Below are positions 19,423-20,000 of a stretch of 20,000 nt of DNA, one piece after another. The translations under genes were made by a program, and so were the position numbers. Each line of letters starts with the position of its first letter. The stretch's first letter is position 1. The stretch lies in NCBI GenBank assembly GCA_012862495.1, contig BLSG01000238.1:128743-148742 (forward strand), written 5' to 3'. The notes beneath the pieces were generated by a model. That model was not told the DNA's origin, did no database searches, and saw only the letters and a list, made by a program, of their open reading frames with translations. The DNA is from Thraustochytrium aureum. Lineage: Eukaryota.

Positions 19423-19998
19423 TTACTCGTCGAGCTCCGGGCGCGCGTGCAGCTGCTCGGTGGTCTTGACGAACCGGCCCTTGATGCGGATGCGCTGCTT
19501 GGCCAGGTTTTTCCTGCACGAGTAGCGGACCTTTTTGGTCCAGACGCGGCGCCCGCGCTTGCGGAGGAACCGGTCGATTACCTGTCGGCGCTGCGCCTGG
19601 GTGTAGATGCCGATGCGCCCGTCGCGGAAATACGTGGGCCGAAACTTGGCAGGCAGCACCGAGGGGTATTCGGGCAGCATCGGCAGCGACCCCGTGCGGG
19701 CGGGCGCCGAAGCGGACGAGGCGCTCGCTTGCGCGCGGCCCGCCGGAGCGGGTTTCGGTGTTGGCGCGACTTGAAGGATGCGCGATTGCACGTGCCTCCA
19801 TGCTTGCAATTGCCTTTGCTGCCGCACTTGCAGTTGCTCTGCGAAGAGGTCTGGCCTTGAGCCAGGCCCTTTGGCTGCAGCAGGCTCCTTCCGCACACTG
19901 CGGCGGCCATTTTCCTGCCTACCCCAGCGCCCAGGCCGAGGCCTGCAGCGCCGGCCGTCCCTGTCCTTGGCGGCTGGTCCGATGAAAAACTCGGACCG
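19423..19998 (-). CDS. CCT-motif protein, 3' part (frame open to the window edge)
   Basis: GRIGIYTQAQRRQVIDRFLRKRGRRVWTKKVRYSCRKNLAKQRIRIKGRFVK matches the CCT consensus (R..R...K.IRY..RK..A..R.R.KGRF.K); stop TAA at 19423-19425. Confidence 0.88.
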   Translation of the reverse strand, partial: RSEFFIGPAAKDRDGRRCRPRPGRWGRQENGRRSVRKEPAAAKGPGSRPDLFAEQLQVRQQRQLQAWRHVQSRILQVAPTPKPAPAGRAQASASSASAPARTGSLPMLPEYPSVLPAKFRPTYFRDGRIGIYTQAQRRQVIDRFLRKRGRRVWTKKVRYSCRKNLAKQRIRIKGRFVKTTEQLHARPELDE

Positions 19999-20000
19999 CG

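Noticed and set aside
19578..19910. Cys-rich alternative frame (CKCGSKGNCKHGGTC) upstream of the CCT motif
   Set aside because: The CCT frame is itself open to the window edge, so no frameshift is needed, and no known motif was recognised.

Overview
GC-rich, gene-dense eukaryotic nuclear DNA with short GT-AG introns and six N-gaps. A stramenopile protist such as a thraustochytrid or oomycete is an inference from the CCT protein and the compact gene layout. In order: 3' end of a GlpT/UhpC-type MFS transporter (-); a ~6.5 kb N-recognin UBR1/PRT6-like E3 ligase (-); a divergent UFM1-specific protease (+); a ~3.1 kb transposase-like locus (+); a two-RRM RNA-binding protein (-); an MpaB/DUF2236 oxygenase-family gene (-); a small hydrophobic-segment + RING gene (+); a phospholipase/carboxylesterase (+); and the 3' end of a CCT-motif gene (-). 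The standout is 10072-13180. Read across several one-base frameshifts, it gives one protein: N-terminal Cys/His knuckle, piggyBac-like DDD transposase motifs, a YqaJ/lambda-exonuclease (PD-(D/E)xK) domain inserted before the third catalytic Asp, and a piggyBac-like Cys-rich C-terminus. An AT-rich 13-bp inverted repeat lies upstream of it. One-base indels also break UBR and the catalytic Cys codon of UFSP, so assembly errors are likely. All family calls come from motif recognition by eye; no searches were run.
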